A stretch of DNA of 64,000 nt from Callorhinchus milii (Eukaryota), in assembly GCF_018977255.1 (NCBI RefSeq), contig NW_024704743.1:64668001-64732000 (forward strand), in the 5' to 3' direction. Position 1 is the first letter of the stretch. Every line of letters begins with the position of its first letter. The notes beneath the pieces were generated by a model. The model ran no database searches, was not told the DNA's origin, and saw only the letters and a program-made list of their open reading frames with translations. The position numbers were made by a program, and so were the translations under genes. Shown here piece after piece: positions 38,650-51,654 of the stretch.

Positions 38650-39748
38650 GTACGTATTTAAAAATTTCAAATTGAAGCACCAGTATGACTATCCTTACCT
38701 TATCCTATTTTGTTTTGCTGTGCAATTCTTATAGTGGCATTAGTGTACGTTTTCAAAGACGAGAGGAATTTGATGTTTGTTTAACACCAGATAAGACCCA
38801 GAACAACAAAAGAAAACAATTTTGGAATTAGAAATCTTAAAGAAATGAAAAAGCTGAAATAAATCTCAGTTGAGGAAAAAATAACATGTTTAAAACCATA
38901 GCATTTAATATGTATAAATACTCCATATTGGATATGTAAAAATTATCGGGAGGGGGTGGAGAGGGCAACATAATGTCAGAATCGGGTTAATCCTCTGCAG
39001 CAGTCATGGTGGTCGCGTTCCTGAGCCAGGTGGGTTTGCAGTGCTCAAGAGCACTGTTGTTGACTGACCAGCCAGCCTGGTTCATTGAAAGGACTTGGAA
39101 AGGCAGACCAGTAGCTGTGAGCAAGGATTCTTCCCACTCAGCTCCTGTTAACCTTTCTGGTCTGCCTTTGTGAGCCCAAACGGGTATGGGTAGTGTAGTC
39201 CTAGCTTGGCAAGCAGCAGGAAAGCTTGCCAGATAGGGCTCTTTCAATGGCAAGCTATGAGGTTTTAGCTGGTTAAACTCCAGCATGATCCAACATGCAC
39301 TCTGAAGTTCCAAAGCCTCAGCTCTTGATAATTTGCATCTAATCATGACATTTAGTTGTCAGGAGTCAAGGCTTTTAGACTATATGTGACTATTGTGCTA
39401 AATACAGTATTGTAAAATCAAATCTGAGGTTTAGCTTTTTAATACATTCATTAAAAAGGATTAAAAGGATAAAACAGTGTATTGATTGTGAAAACGTAGG
39501 ATTTAGCTTTTTAATTTTTTCTGCTCATTTACATTTTTAGAAGACAATTTTACTAAATGATAGTAAAAACATTACTACGTGTTTAGTAATTCTGGTATGA
39601 CTAGATTTGTAAGTTTTAAAATTGTACCTTAAATTTTTGGACTTATAGTTTAATGACCTAAATAACTCTTACCTCACATTAAATTTCAGTTCCATTTGAT
39701 TTCTTTAGCCCCAGTACCAATAATAAGTATTCATTTTCTTGTCTTTAG

Positions 39749-39844
39749 TCGTCCAAATCTTCATACGGATAAGTGGCTATGGCCAGCCACCCAAGGTGAC
39801 TTCAGAACATTTTCACCAACTGCAGACCAAATGTATGGGACTGG
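39749..39844 (+). CDS. SPATA48: SPATA48 exon 8 (RPNLHTDKWLWPATQGDFRTFSPTADQMYGTG)
   Basis: tctttag acceptor and gtaagt donor; open frame, phase 2 to 2; weaker similarity than the other exons. Confidence 0.8.
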
Positions 39845-41032
39845 GTAAGTAGTTAACCTTTCGAATCTTGCTTATCGTTTTCATATTCTGTTCTTGTTCT
39901 AGCTATAATTTCAAGCAACGGAAAGCAGTTATGTATAATGAAAAAGTTATATGGTAACAATACAAGTAGGTCTGTAGTATAGTGTACAAACCATAACTGA
40001 GGTGATCAGCCTCAAAGTTCAAACTGCTGTCTACCTTCAAATGAATGAAGTGGGATTTTGTAGATGTCTACAAAATGTGTGGAATTAATTGCAAATCAGT
40101 TTTACAAAAAGCAGTACTGCCATCTACTGATAGAAACACTGTACTTCATGAAGACAACTTATTGCCTACAGCGAAGTTTCAATTGCAACCAGGAAATAAA
40201 CAGAATTATTTTTCTCAGGGATCTTTTAACGTCCACATTAAGAATAGGCAGATGGGAACTTGGTTTAATGTCTTGTGCAAAGAACGGCATTTCCAACAAT
40301 AGCACCAACAATTCAACAATTGCAACAGATTACATTTGTATAGCACCTTTCACATTGTCAGACTCTGCCACTGTGAAGCGTTCCGGGACAGTACCCCACA
40401 TGAAGGGCACTATATAAATGCAAGTTGTTGTTGTCCCAAAGCGCTGGATAGTCAAAGATGTGCATCCGAGCTGGGATGCAGCATTCTCGCAGTACTTGAC
40501 TGGCATATTACTCTAGTGAATGAGCTCAAGACCCAAATGGAGCTTCAAACCACAATCTTCACATCCAGAAAAGAAAGTGGTATCCTGCTGGCAGCTATAT
40601 TAAGGACATAGGACCACAGCCAATCCTGATCGTTGGTTGAGAAAAAGTGTGCTTCTATTGGTGATAAGTGATCTGGAGTATTTTTCCTTCCTTCTGTGGA
40701 GAAGACTGGTGGAAGACCCAGCTTCACTTTAATCAGGAAAGTGAAGCTGGGATTTGAATGTATCTAAGATGTTTTCAATCTGTACACAGAGCTGTTATTT
40801 GGGATCAAAATTATCATTCAGATTGATTTTAGATGAAGTATTAGTGGCTGTGTGATTTTTAAAAAAAATTATTTTCTCAAATTCAGTTTCTGAATCTTGC
40901 TTTCTAATGCTGTTTGTGGTTTGACATTCTAAAGAAGAAAATAATTATTTCAAATTAAGAATAACTTGGTATACCTGAATTAATAAAGTACAGAGGTTGA
41001 TCTTGATTGACTTGGAGTTTCTTTTTTTTTAG

Positions 41033-41156
41033 ATATCCTCAAAGTGGGGAAGCAGCCTTGAAGTATAAACATCATGCACCCTTCGCTAAGATAGTGGCAA
41101 CAATTCCACCTTTTAATCCTTTTAATAAAAACCCACGCAGAGTACTTCGGATCTGA
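41033..41156 (+). CDS. SPATA48: SPATA48 exon 9, terminal (YPQSGEAALKYKHHAPFAKIVATIPPFNPFNKNPRRVLRI*)
   Basis: Poly-T-AG acceptor; H.AP...+V.T+.P+NPFNK C-terminal motif; TGA at 41154-41156, overlapped by AATAAA (41156-41161). Confidence 0.92.
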
Positions 41157-41664
41157 ATAAATGTATGATAAGAAATCTGCATGTGCAAATTTGTGTAAAA
41201 ATGTAGGTCTATTTTATTTTGAATGAGGTTATGAAATTCCTATTTCTGTAAACTTTGTTACATTTATTTGTGTCACAGTTTATATATAATGTACTTTTTC
41301 AATTGATAAATCTAACAAGCACACTTACAGTATAATATAGTAAAAGCGATTGTTCTTTTTGTTCTTTTGTGATATAATGTGTCACGAGTGCTCTCTCGGA
41401 CTACTTCACAGGATTTTACACTCATGATTCCTATGAGAAGTTCTCAGCAGCGGTCTGGTTATCAAATGAGTGCTTTCCTGCAAAGAGATGGGAAAGATTG
41501 ATGTCTGAAAAGGCCTCTTCTGCCCATTCTCCTCGCAAATCAAGCAAGAATGGTAATTGAAGGTGTATGATCCTCTGATGCTGAGTTGATAGACTAATAA
41601 AATGCAGGCTGACCTCAATGAAGAGTAAAGAATTTTTTTTAAAAAAAAGTCATTTTATTATATA

Positions 41665-41900
41665 ATAATATAATAATAATCCTTGCATTTGATAGAGCGC
41701 TTTTCACATTTTCTAGACGTCTCAAAGCGCTTCACAGAATAGACTGTAAAATGAATTGACTGTATTTTTTGTGGGCGAAATGCGGCAGCCAATTGCACAC
41801 AGCAGTGTCCCACAAACAATCGTGGTTTGAAGTGACGAAGTTATTATTGGTTTTTTTTTCTTGAGGGATTATTATCAGGTGTGTGGAGTAAGGAAACTTT
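41665..41900 (-). mobile_element. 5'-truncated tRNA-derived SINE
   Basis: Core and tail only. Confidence 0.85.
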
Positions 41901-42250
41901 ACATTTAAATATAAAATAATAAAATATATTATAATATAAATATAAATTATTATATATTATAAATACAAATCTCTGCTATACTGTAATATAAATGTACCAG
42001 TAATTGTATTGACTGGATCATTTTAGGACCATGAACTGAATCTAAGCAGCTTTATTTTTATTTATTTTATAATTATTTATATATATATTTATATAATAAA
42101 ATTATATAAAATAACAAAATAAATAATAATTTTTTATTTATAATATATAAATTAAATATAAAATATAAACTGTAATATGACGGTATCGAATTTGTCATGG
42201 CCCTGATATTATATACAATATAAAAATATAAAATGGAATATTATGGATTA
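41900..42250. repeat. AT-rich low-complexity tract
   Basis: Mostly A/T runs downstream of SPATA48. Confidence 0.8.
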
Positions 42251-45200
42251 ATATTAAGTCAGGAATTCCCATCTCTGTAGTTTCCTTCGCTCCAGGAATT
42301 GCAGTTAGGGCTGCTGTGTCTGAGGTCAATAAGTGCAAATTTACACTCTAAGCTAAATTGAATAAATGACTACTATTTATTAAATACTTAATTATTTGCT
42401 GATTCACCAACTGTAGTATAACGGTATCTTATTTGTCATGGCCCTAATATTATGAAAATGGTTGAGCATATGTGAGACAATAAGAATAGCCCTGTAAAAT
42501 GTAATCAAATGAAAAAAAATGGTCTTTTTTGAAAAAAGTTATTGTGAGTAAAATATTCAACATGCTAGGATTTTGAGTGGAGAATTGCTGTTGTTGGATT
42601 TTGTTACTAATGATTTTGGTGAACTGTGTTGCATTTTTGTGACCTTTTACAAAACTTGAATTTCTATACTGCCAACAAACGAATCTCCTCTGAAGAAACA
42701 AGTGTCTTGCAATAAATACTGGGAAGTGAACTATTTTAAGAAGTGCTTCTTCTAGGTATGAGGAAATTGGTAAATATATTAAATAAAAAATACAAAGTAA
42801 GCAGTAATGGGTCTGAACATGCAGTCTTATGAAATTTAGAGATTACATGACTCAAAAAGTTGACCACAAGCTAATTTTATCAGACGTGTATGATATCTTA
42901 TATTAGCCAACACCGTAGAGTAGCTAAAGCTAGTTAATCACATTTTGTATATTTTAAAAACGTAATACATAAACTAGACTGTTTCAGTGCAGTAAAGTAT
43001 CAAGGGGTTCTATTGTAAAACAAGTGCAAATATTGATTGGTATATTAACAGCGACCTGAATTTTTAATTGCATTAATTAATTGCATTGCATTGCATAACC
43101 ATTGTTATCCTTATAGTAAATACAGTTGGAATTGCGTGTGAAAAATGGTGTTTTAGTTCCATTTTGTTAAGATTTTTCTTGCTAGCAATATTCATCACAC
43201 TGGATGAAAATACTGTAAATCACTTAATCTGAATTCAAATAAACCAACCTGGATTTATTAAATAGGATATTCCATTTTTTGAGTATATATACCTATATTA
43301 GTTTATACAACCTATTATCAATGGTAGAACTAACGGAAGGAATAATTTTGCTGATGAATTCTGTTATTGTTTCAACAAATTTCTCTTCAAACTATCAATT
43401 ATTTGAAGTGAATTTATTTTTCTCCCACTGAGTCCAGAATCTAGCTACACATCTATAGTGTGATATACTAGAAACAATGAGACATTCTCCAATGAAAATG
43501 CATCAATTTTCCAGAAATGTGTTCAGTTTCGAAGTAAGTCTTCAAGAAGAAGAATCCTTGCATTTGATATAATGCCTTATCACGTAATCAAGATGTCTCA
43601 AAGTGCTTTGTGTAAAGTGGAGTGACGGTATTTTATGGGCATAACACAGCAGCCAGTTGGGAACAGCTGTGTCCCACAAACAACTATGGAATGAGTGACC
43701 AATTTTATTTGGGGGATTGTTGGCCAGAGGAGAAACTCTCTTCTCTTTTCGAATAATGCTGTGGGATCTTTAACATCCACCTGAACATGGAACCAGAACA
43801 TAATAGAATGAAAATATAAATATTTGTCTCATCCATTTAAAGGCTTAGCCAAAGACTTACCCTATCATGCATCCACCTACCCACTCTGTCTCCTGCAGAA
43901 GATTCTGTAGATAATATCTCATCACCTGGCTAAAACTCCATAATATCCATCTGACCCGTAATTATTTGTCAATCTTGGTCCATGTCTCCTACTCCTCCTC
44001 CACACAATATTCTTTGAAGTAGTTGTCATCTTCTTCTGTACCCATCTCAATAACCCTCATTATTGCTCCTAAGCAGATAGTTATCTTGCTTTAAGGAGTT
44101 AATCAACACAGCATCAACTTTTGTTGGGAGCTTGCTTTGTGTATCAATTTATATAGTATCTGTTCTCATCATCTAAGACAAGCTTGCATCTACATTTTCT
44201 AGGCCTCTAGATGTACTCAAAAATATGTAATGTTCCTTCTCTCTAGCCACACACACACCAATTCTACTTTTTCCAATGTTCTCTGTAAATCTCCTCTCAA
44301 CTTAGTGCTAACTCATAAATTATTATTCTTGTCACTCTGAAACCACCCTGAATAATTTAATATCCTATTAAAGTTAGGGTTCCCACAATTGTGCACTATA
44401 TTCCAAACCTATCAGTGATTTGTACTAAATTAAAATATGTCCTTTTGATTTATAGTCCACAAGGCTCTAGTTTCAACAAAGTGTTTGATTAGCTTTATTG
44501 ATAATTTCAGATTGACTGGAAAAGTTTGATGAATATCATTAACATCACCCATTCCTTCCACAAAATAGTCAATCAACTTTACAATATATTCTGTGAAGCG
44601 CTTTGAGCCGTCTCAAAGATGTGATAAGGCGCTATATGAAATGCGAGGATTATTATTACTTGTATACATGTTTACTATTTCTGATTCCTTACACCTTCTC
44701 TGCTTACAATAATAATCCTTGCATTTGATATAGTGCCTTATCACGTCACTGAGATGTCTCAAAGCGCTTAACAGAATGTACTGTAAAGTGAACTGAGTTT
44801 AATTTAATTGCTTAATTGGTCTGGATCTTGAAATACATTTATTCTATATATTAGTGAGCTGCCATTGTCTGATCATGCTATTCTGGTTCTGATGAAGCAT
44901 TTTCTAATACTAAACTGCTTATCAGTATATAGTTTTAAATGGGTTCTATTATTGTTACAGAATCTATTGTAATGCATAAATAACTTATTGTGGCTCTTTA
45001 ATATGGCTGGTTTTAGGAACCACACAATGATCGCTTATTGATGGCAATTATAGTCAAATCGTATTAACCTTGCATGCTTGGGATATAAGAATATTGTATT
45101 CCAATAGCCTAAGTACTTGTTATAAAAATAAAGTACTGTTAATCGAAATATATTTTCACAATTTAACTATAAAAGAAACAAAGGATCTTTATTAATAAGA

Positions 45201-45445
45201 TTAAATAATTAATTTCTTCAATAATGCAAATAAATTCAATAACATTTCTGTGGTTGGGGTAACCCTGACAGTGCGGTGAATAGACTTGGTCTGCGCTGCT
45301 TTGTCTCAGCCAGAGCTGCTCGGGAAGAGAAGACTAAATTGTCCCCACCCAACCTTCCCAAGTTAAGGGAGGGCAACACCAGCATTACCAGTCCTGGTCC
45401 CTCTATAGCACCATCTACTGGTAGCGAGTGTGAGTGACAGCAGAT

Positions 45446-45803
45446 AATAATAATAATCCTTGCGTATGATATAGCGCCTTATCACGTCTTCTAGACGTCT
45501 CAAAACGCTTCACAGAATATATTATAAAGTGACTTGACTATATTTGTGGGCAAAACGCGGCAGCCAATTGTGCACAGCAGTGTCCCACAAACAGTCGTGG
45601 ATTGAGTGACCAAATTATTATATAGTTTTTTAGGTATTATCCCCGGAAAAGTGATCCACCAATCGACTATCAACCAGGTTCCTACTTACTGCTAGGTAAA
45701 CAGAGACGTAAGGAAACTTGCCCAAGGTTTCGCCCTGCCGGGAATAGAACCCAGGTCTCTCGCTTGCAAGGCAAGTGCTCTAACCACTGAGCTACAGGAC
45801 TCC
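45446..45803 (-). mobile_element. tRNA-derived SINE, long variant
   Basis: Full head plus alternative middle segment plus core and tail. Confidence 0.9.
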
Positions 45804-45861
45804 CGATGAGATGAGGCCATTCCCGCTGCAGTGGAGTCTCTGGCTAGCTGACACTCACTGC

Positions 45862-46430
45862 CAACAATAACAACAACAAAATTATATTTGTTTAGCGTCT
45901 TTCACATTGGGAGGACGCCCCAAAGCGCTGGACAATCAGTATTTTGGACCCAAGCTGAGGTTCGGGATCAGGGACGGTAGAGGGCAGATGGAGAAGGAGG
46001 GTGACTGAAGGCACGGACGAAGAGGAGGGTCTTGAAGGAGGTAAAGGAGGGGACGAGGCGGAGGGACTGCAGGATGGAGTTCCAGAGGGTGGGGGCAGAG
46101 TGGCTGAAGGTCCGCCCACCAATGGTGGGGCAGGCGAGACGGGGGATGTGAAGCAGGCCGGAGTCCGCTGAGCAGAGGGAGCGGGCAAGTTGGTAGGGAG
46201 TTAGGAAGTCGCAGAGGTAGGGGAGACCAAGGCCAGGGAGCACTTTGAAAGTGAGGACCAGGATCTTGAACCTCTGTGTGATGGGAATCCAGTGGAGGCG
46301 GGCAATAAGGGGGTGATGGGGTCGCAGAGCCTGATGCGGGAGAGGACACGCTCCTCCCTCCATAGGTTGCAGATCATCCAGAACTCTGGATGATCTGCAA
46401 CCTATGGAGGGAGGAGTTGTAGAGGCCAAC
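45862..46430 (-). mobile_element. L2 3' fragment containing a perfect fold-back palindrome
   Basis: LHWIPI..RFKILVLTFK; (CAA)n tail. Confidence 0.85.
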
Positions 46431-49400
46431 AGCTCCCACATAAGCAATGTCCATTTGGGCAGGGTACCAGACGGTAACCATTGCCCATAGAACCATACGT
46501 AAGTATATGGGGAAACAACAAATATCATTGGGGAGAAAATTAGAAAAAAATTCTAATTTTGGCAAAACAAACCTATTGTTAAAATCACAGATTGAAAATA
46601 AATAGTTATGCAAATCAGTTCTTATAATTGTAGTCTTTTGCCACATATATTTACCAATTATAAATGCAGCTTAATGGTCTTTTGTGAAGTGACTTTCAAC
46701 TAGGAGGACTGAGTTTAAACCTCGGTTTGGGATATTTCTACTTATTCTCAAAGAGAATTTAAAAATCCTTGTTTGCTCGTCGGGAGGACATCTCAAAGTT
46801 CTTCACAGGAGTTACTGCTAAGTGTGGTAACTGAATTTTGTAAGTGAATAGCCTGTTTGCCGACAAATAGCCAGTCACTCCAGTTTACAATAAATCCTGT
46901 GAAGCACTTTGAGACAACTCTACATGATAAGGCGCTCTATCAAATGTAACCATTATTATAAGAGTAAGAAGTTTTGAGTGGGACTTTCCTGTACTACTTA
47001 AGTATTCTCCTGGCAAATCAACCAAGTCTAGTAATCTCGGAGGAGCATTTGGCTCAGACTATATTTCTAAGAAAAATACTGGGGGGAGGCATTACAAATA
47101 TAATAACCTTTTGAAAGTATGTTAAAATGTTATCCATTTCACCTGGTATTGAAATACCAGCAGGAATAACTAATTCAAAACTGTTTTGGAGTGCATATTG
47201 GATTATCATATTTTCACCCCTAGATTTTATAAGACTGAGGTGATAGGATTCTGGCAGTTTTAAAATATTTTACATCGTCCTTGATAGATATTTAAAACAC
47301 ACTGCATTCACTATACACTCAAATAGCAGGTAGTCCAGAATGAGAAGGTTCTACAACATTAAATCCAATAGTCATATCTAAAATTGGGACCACCCTCCTC
47401 TGTTTAGAATGGGTTACAGGTACTTAAGTGCAATTTGTTTTTTTACTCACTACAACAGCAACTTATAGTGTATTCCAATTGAAATATTTAAATACCCTGT
47501 AGAAAATGGTAGTTGGTAGCACCTGAAATATTTATAACAAAGGTGACAAGATATACATTTTAATTATGCTTATTCATTTTAGAAGGAAATAGGAACCATC
47601 TGGTTAAGTCTTCTTTTGGTGGTTTAGGTAGATGAAGATATTCAATTTACATAAATCTGATAGAAATATTTATTAGTGTGATAATGAAAGATCTGTCTCA
47701 TCGTTGAAATCTAAAATGTGATCAAAAGATAGAAATTTCACTCACTATTACAATTACAGCATTTTTAAATAATAATCCTTGCATTAAAGGTGTGTTAAAA
47801 TGAATAAAACTTTTTCTTGGCACTTTTGTTTAAGTAAATTTGAACGGTTGACTCATCTTATCTTGAATGAGCTTGGGCCTGTCTCCCTTGTTCTGGATAT
47901 GTTTACCATTTTAAACAGGGTTCAGTTCATTTGTAGCCCTTGAGATCTTGAATATTTCAATGTCTTCCCTGAATCTTGTTAGTGAGAACATTTTCAGCTT
48001 CTTTCAGCCCTTAGAAAACCAGGTGGCTAATGCCAGCTAATAATTTGGTTCCTTTTTTCTGTAACTATCAAATATCAAAATGTGCTTACTGTGGTACTAA
48101 AGTGATTAGATTTGAGCAATCCTCTACAAGCAGGCCAGTCTTGTATTCTCTTCAATTCAAGATCAATCCTTGTGATGTATGTTTTCGATTCTGTTTCTGG
48201 AGGTTTAAATGATTTATTCACCTGTTGTTTCATCTGATTTGGCTAAATTCATATAAACTTCAGAAGCTCCCTCCCCCTTGTTTGCCTTCCAATGTTATGG
48301 ACTAATTTCTGTGTGGCATTGTGTCAAAGGCTTGCTAAAATCTAAATATATAACAAGTTTCCCTCGTCCATAAGTTCTGTTATTTCTTCAAATAACATAG
48401 ATATTTCATCACCAAGAAAGACAATAATTCTTGCATTTGATATAACACCTATATATTCAAAAGCACGTCACAAATAAATGCTGTCAAATGTCGTGATCAC
48501 ATATTTGTTGGTAATTGTAGCAGATAATTTCTACAAGTTTGGCTCAGCGGTAGCACTTTCGGCTCTGAGTCAGAAGGTTGTGCGTTCAAGCCCCACGTTG
48601 GGACTTGGAATCACACAGTCTAAGGTAACATCCTAATGTAGTGCTGGGAGTGTGTTGCATTATCAGAGCGACGTGATAAGGCGCAAAATTAAATGTGAGG
48701 ATTATTATAGTATTATAATATTATACTCCTGGACTGTTCTTCTCTTGCCATGGTGTGGTTAAACAGGTGCTGGATGCCTCCCCCAAGCAGCCGTTGTTCA
48801 TGTCTGAAGTTTGGCAGTGAGTGTTGGCAGCCTCTATCCTCTATCCATCCAGCAGCTCACATACAAACACAGTCAGTAGAGGGTGTTGTAGAGGGAGCAG
48901 GAAATCACTAACCAATTTAACCAACACATGCAGCACCCAACTGAGAACAGAATGACTAGGATTGCACTGATATTAATAGTAAGAAAAAAATCTAAGATTT
49001 GTTAATAGTATCTAAAATGTGTGTTAATAGTAATAATATTATTAAATGAGGCAAAGGATAACCAGTACTCAAAGAATGTGTAAGACTATCAAAAGTAGAG
49101 AAACTAACTTTTATTTAATTTTGTAATCCACACGTTTATTGTGTGCAAGCTTGAACACGCTTCTCACACTTCCCAACGGAGGCGGTTTCCTACGCAGAAT
49201 GCTGTAGCCTTTGTCTCCTCCCACACTAGGCTCCACAAGCCTATCATCCCCATCATTGCCCCGCTCCATCGGCTCCAACTGATCGAATTCAAGATTCTCA
49301 TTCTCATCTAAAATCCCTCTACAATCTTGTCCCACTCTATTGATTTGGACACTCCCTTTGTTCAGCAAGCACTGACCTGCTTTCTGTACCCCCACTGTAT

Positions 49401-51654
49401 TGGTTCCACCGTCAGTGGGCAGGCCTTTAGACATTCTGCCCCGGTACATCTGGAGTCCTTCCAATTGTGACATCCTCCTGACATGAATGGTGTTATATAA
49501 TTGTAAATTGTATTGTACGTTTGTCTCATCCTTTGCCCATTAGTAAGTCAGCAGCCTTTAAGAAACACTTTAGAATTTATTCCCCATTTTTGATGGGTCT
49601 GCACATGGATTAGTATTGCAATCTTGTACACTGAAGATATTTTTGTCTGAATTTATATTTAATCCTAAATGAGCATATTTGGAAATGGTTTTCTTTCGTT
49701 TCCTCATTTCAATTTGAGATTGGTACATGACTTTCCCCTCCCACCCTTTAGTATATTTGTGTACCTTTTTAGTACTGTAACATGAAGAGGCCAGCCAGGC
49801 CCTAGAGGCAGTGCAGAGTAGAGCAACAAAGCTGATGTCCAGAAATAGAGGAATGATCCAGGAAGAAACATGATATATTTACAAAAGTTACTCTTATTGC
49901 ACTCTGAGTCAAATCCAAATTTTGATTTTCGCTTACCGTATTGTGCGAGCATAATCAACACCATCCTAGCTCAAATCCACGTGGAATTTGAACTCAAATT
50001 CAAGATTTTTTTGTCTTTACTTTCAAATCCCTCCATGGCTGCAACCCCACCCCTACCTCAGCAACCTTTTGTATCCAGACTGCCCAGCAGCTCCCTCCAC
50101 TCAGGAAACCACACTGCTTCATGTCCCTGCACGATTTATCACAATTTCCATTGCATCATTGGTGGACAACTTTCAGCCATTTGTTCCCAGCTCTTGGGAA
50201 CTCCTTCCTGGAGACCCTGTGCTTTGCCACCTCCCTATCATTTTAATCCCACTTTCAGCCACCCCTCAGTTCTCGCTACTCCATCCCCTCCCCTGAGAGT
50301 GAAACATTTTGAGATGTCTTCTCAATATGAAAGACACTATATAATTGTAAATTGTTTTTTCTGTGATTTCACCATGAAGTGACTTTATTCTGTGTTTGTT
50401 AATCGATGGATGGGTAATTTTTTATTCAGGTTAAATGTTCTTTTACAGTTGAACAGAAAATATGTTCATGCTTTTCATGTTTTTTGTGAACTAAGCTTTA
50501 TTAATTTTATATTAACTTCCTGTTTTGTTATACTAGTCACCATTAGTCTTTCCCTATTTCTCCCATGCTAAGATCTGTTTCAGAGATAGATAAGAACTCA
50601 GTCTCATCCCAAATGCTTTGTCGCTTCATCTTGTGCAATGTATTAAAGTTACTTGTAGCTGTTGCCTTACTTGCCAGACTGTTTATCTAGGCTAGTCAAG
50701 TTGGCTACCATTTTTGCGTACTGGCTGTAAGTACTAGATGTATAAAAAGCAATTGACTAAAACTGATAATTGCTGGTAAATGCTGACAATACAAAATGAA
50801 CAGATTGAACTTGTTCTTGAAGTCGAAAGAAATATTTAATTAAAAGATTACTTCTCGGTGACGCCATGTGTTAACTTACTCAAAGCAGGACATACTTTTA
50901 TCGTATGGTGATTGCCCTGAAATACAATCGCTACACTTTACAGTGTATCCTGTGAAGCACTTTGAAACGCCCTCTTTATGTGAAAGGCGATTTACCAAAT
51001 GCAAGAATTATTTTGTTATTATTATCTTGTCATTCACAACTGTTGTAAAACTAATCCAAAATGGATCAGTTATAGACTGGATCAGTCCCTTTCTGGGTGA
51101 TAGGAACATTGTTAATTTGCACAGAATTTGTGTAACTCTTTCGCAAACAAAACCTGCTTGCCACTTTCACTTAAAGGCTGCACATCAATTATTCCATTAA
51201 TTATTTAACTACTCCTCCTTTGCTCCTATTCATAGGTAAAGCTACTATTTCTTGCAACATTATTTGTCAGAAATCATAACCTTACAGTAGGATTTGATGC
51301 AACAGTTTAAAAACAAAAACAATATTTAGTAGTTTTTGTTTCTTTTACTAATATCCTAGATTTCACAAGCATTTTCTCACTCAGCTCGTTGACTTGTCAT
51401 TGCTCTTCTGGGGAGTACATTGACAAGTGCAAACCACTTCCTTGATCGTCCCTGCTGGTGTGGTTTTAAGCAGGTTTGTGTAACTACTAGCAGAAGATGC
51501 ACATCAGAAGTTCCTGTCGGAAATATAGTTTGCATCATTTCAGGGAAACAAGCATGCTGGTATACATAAACTAAATTGCCCTGTAAATGTTAATCTCACT
51601 CACAATGCTTGAAAGTCCACCTACTCTGGTTTTAGCCTGTAAAACTGTTATCAA

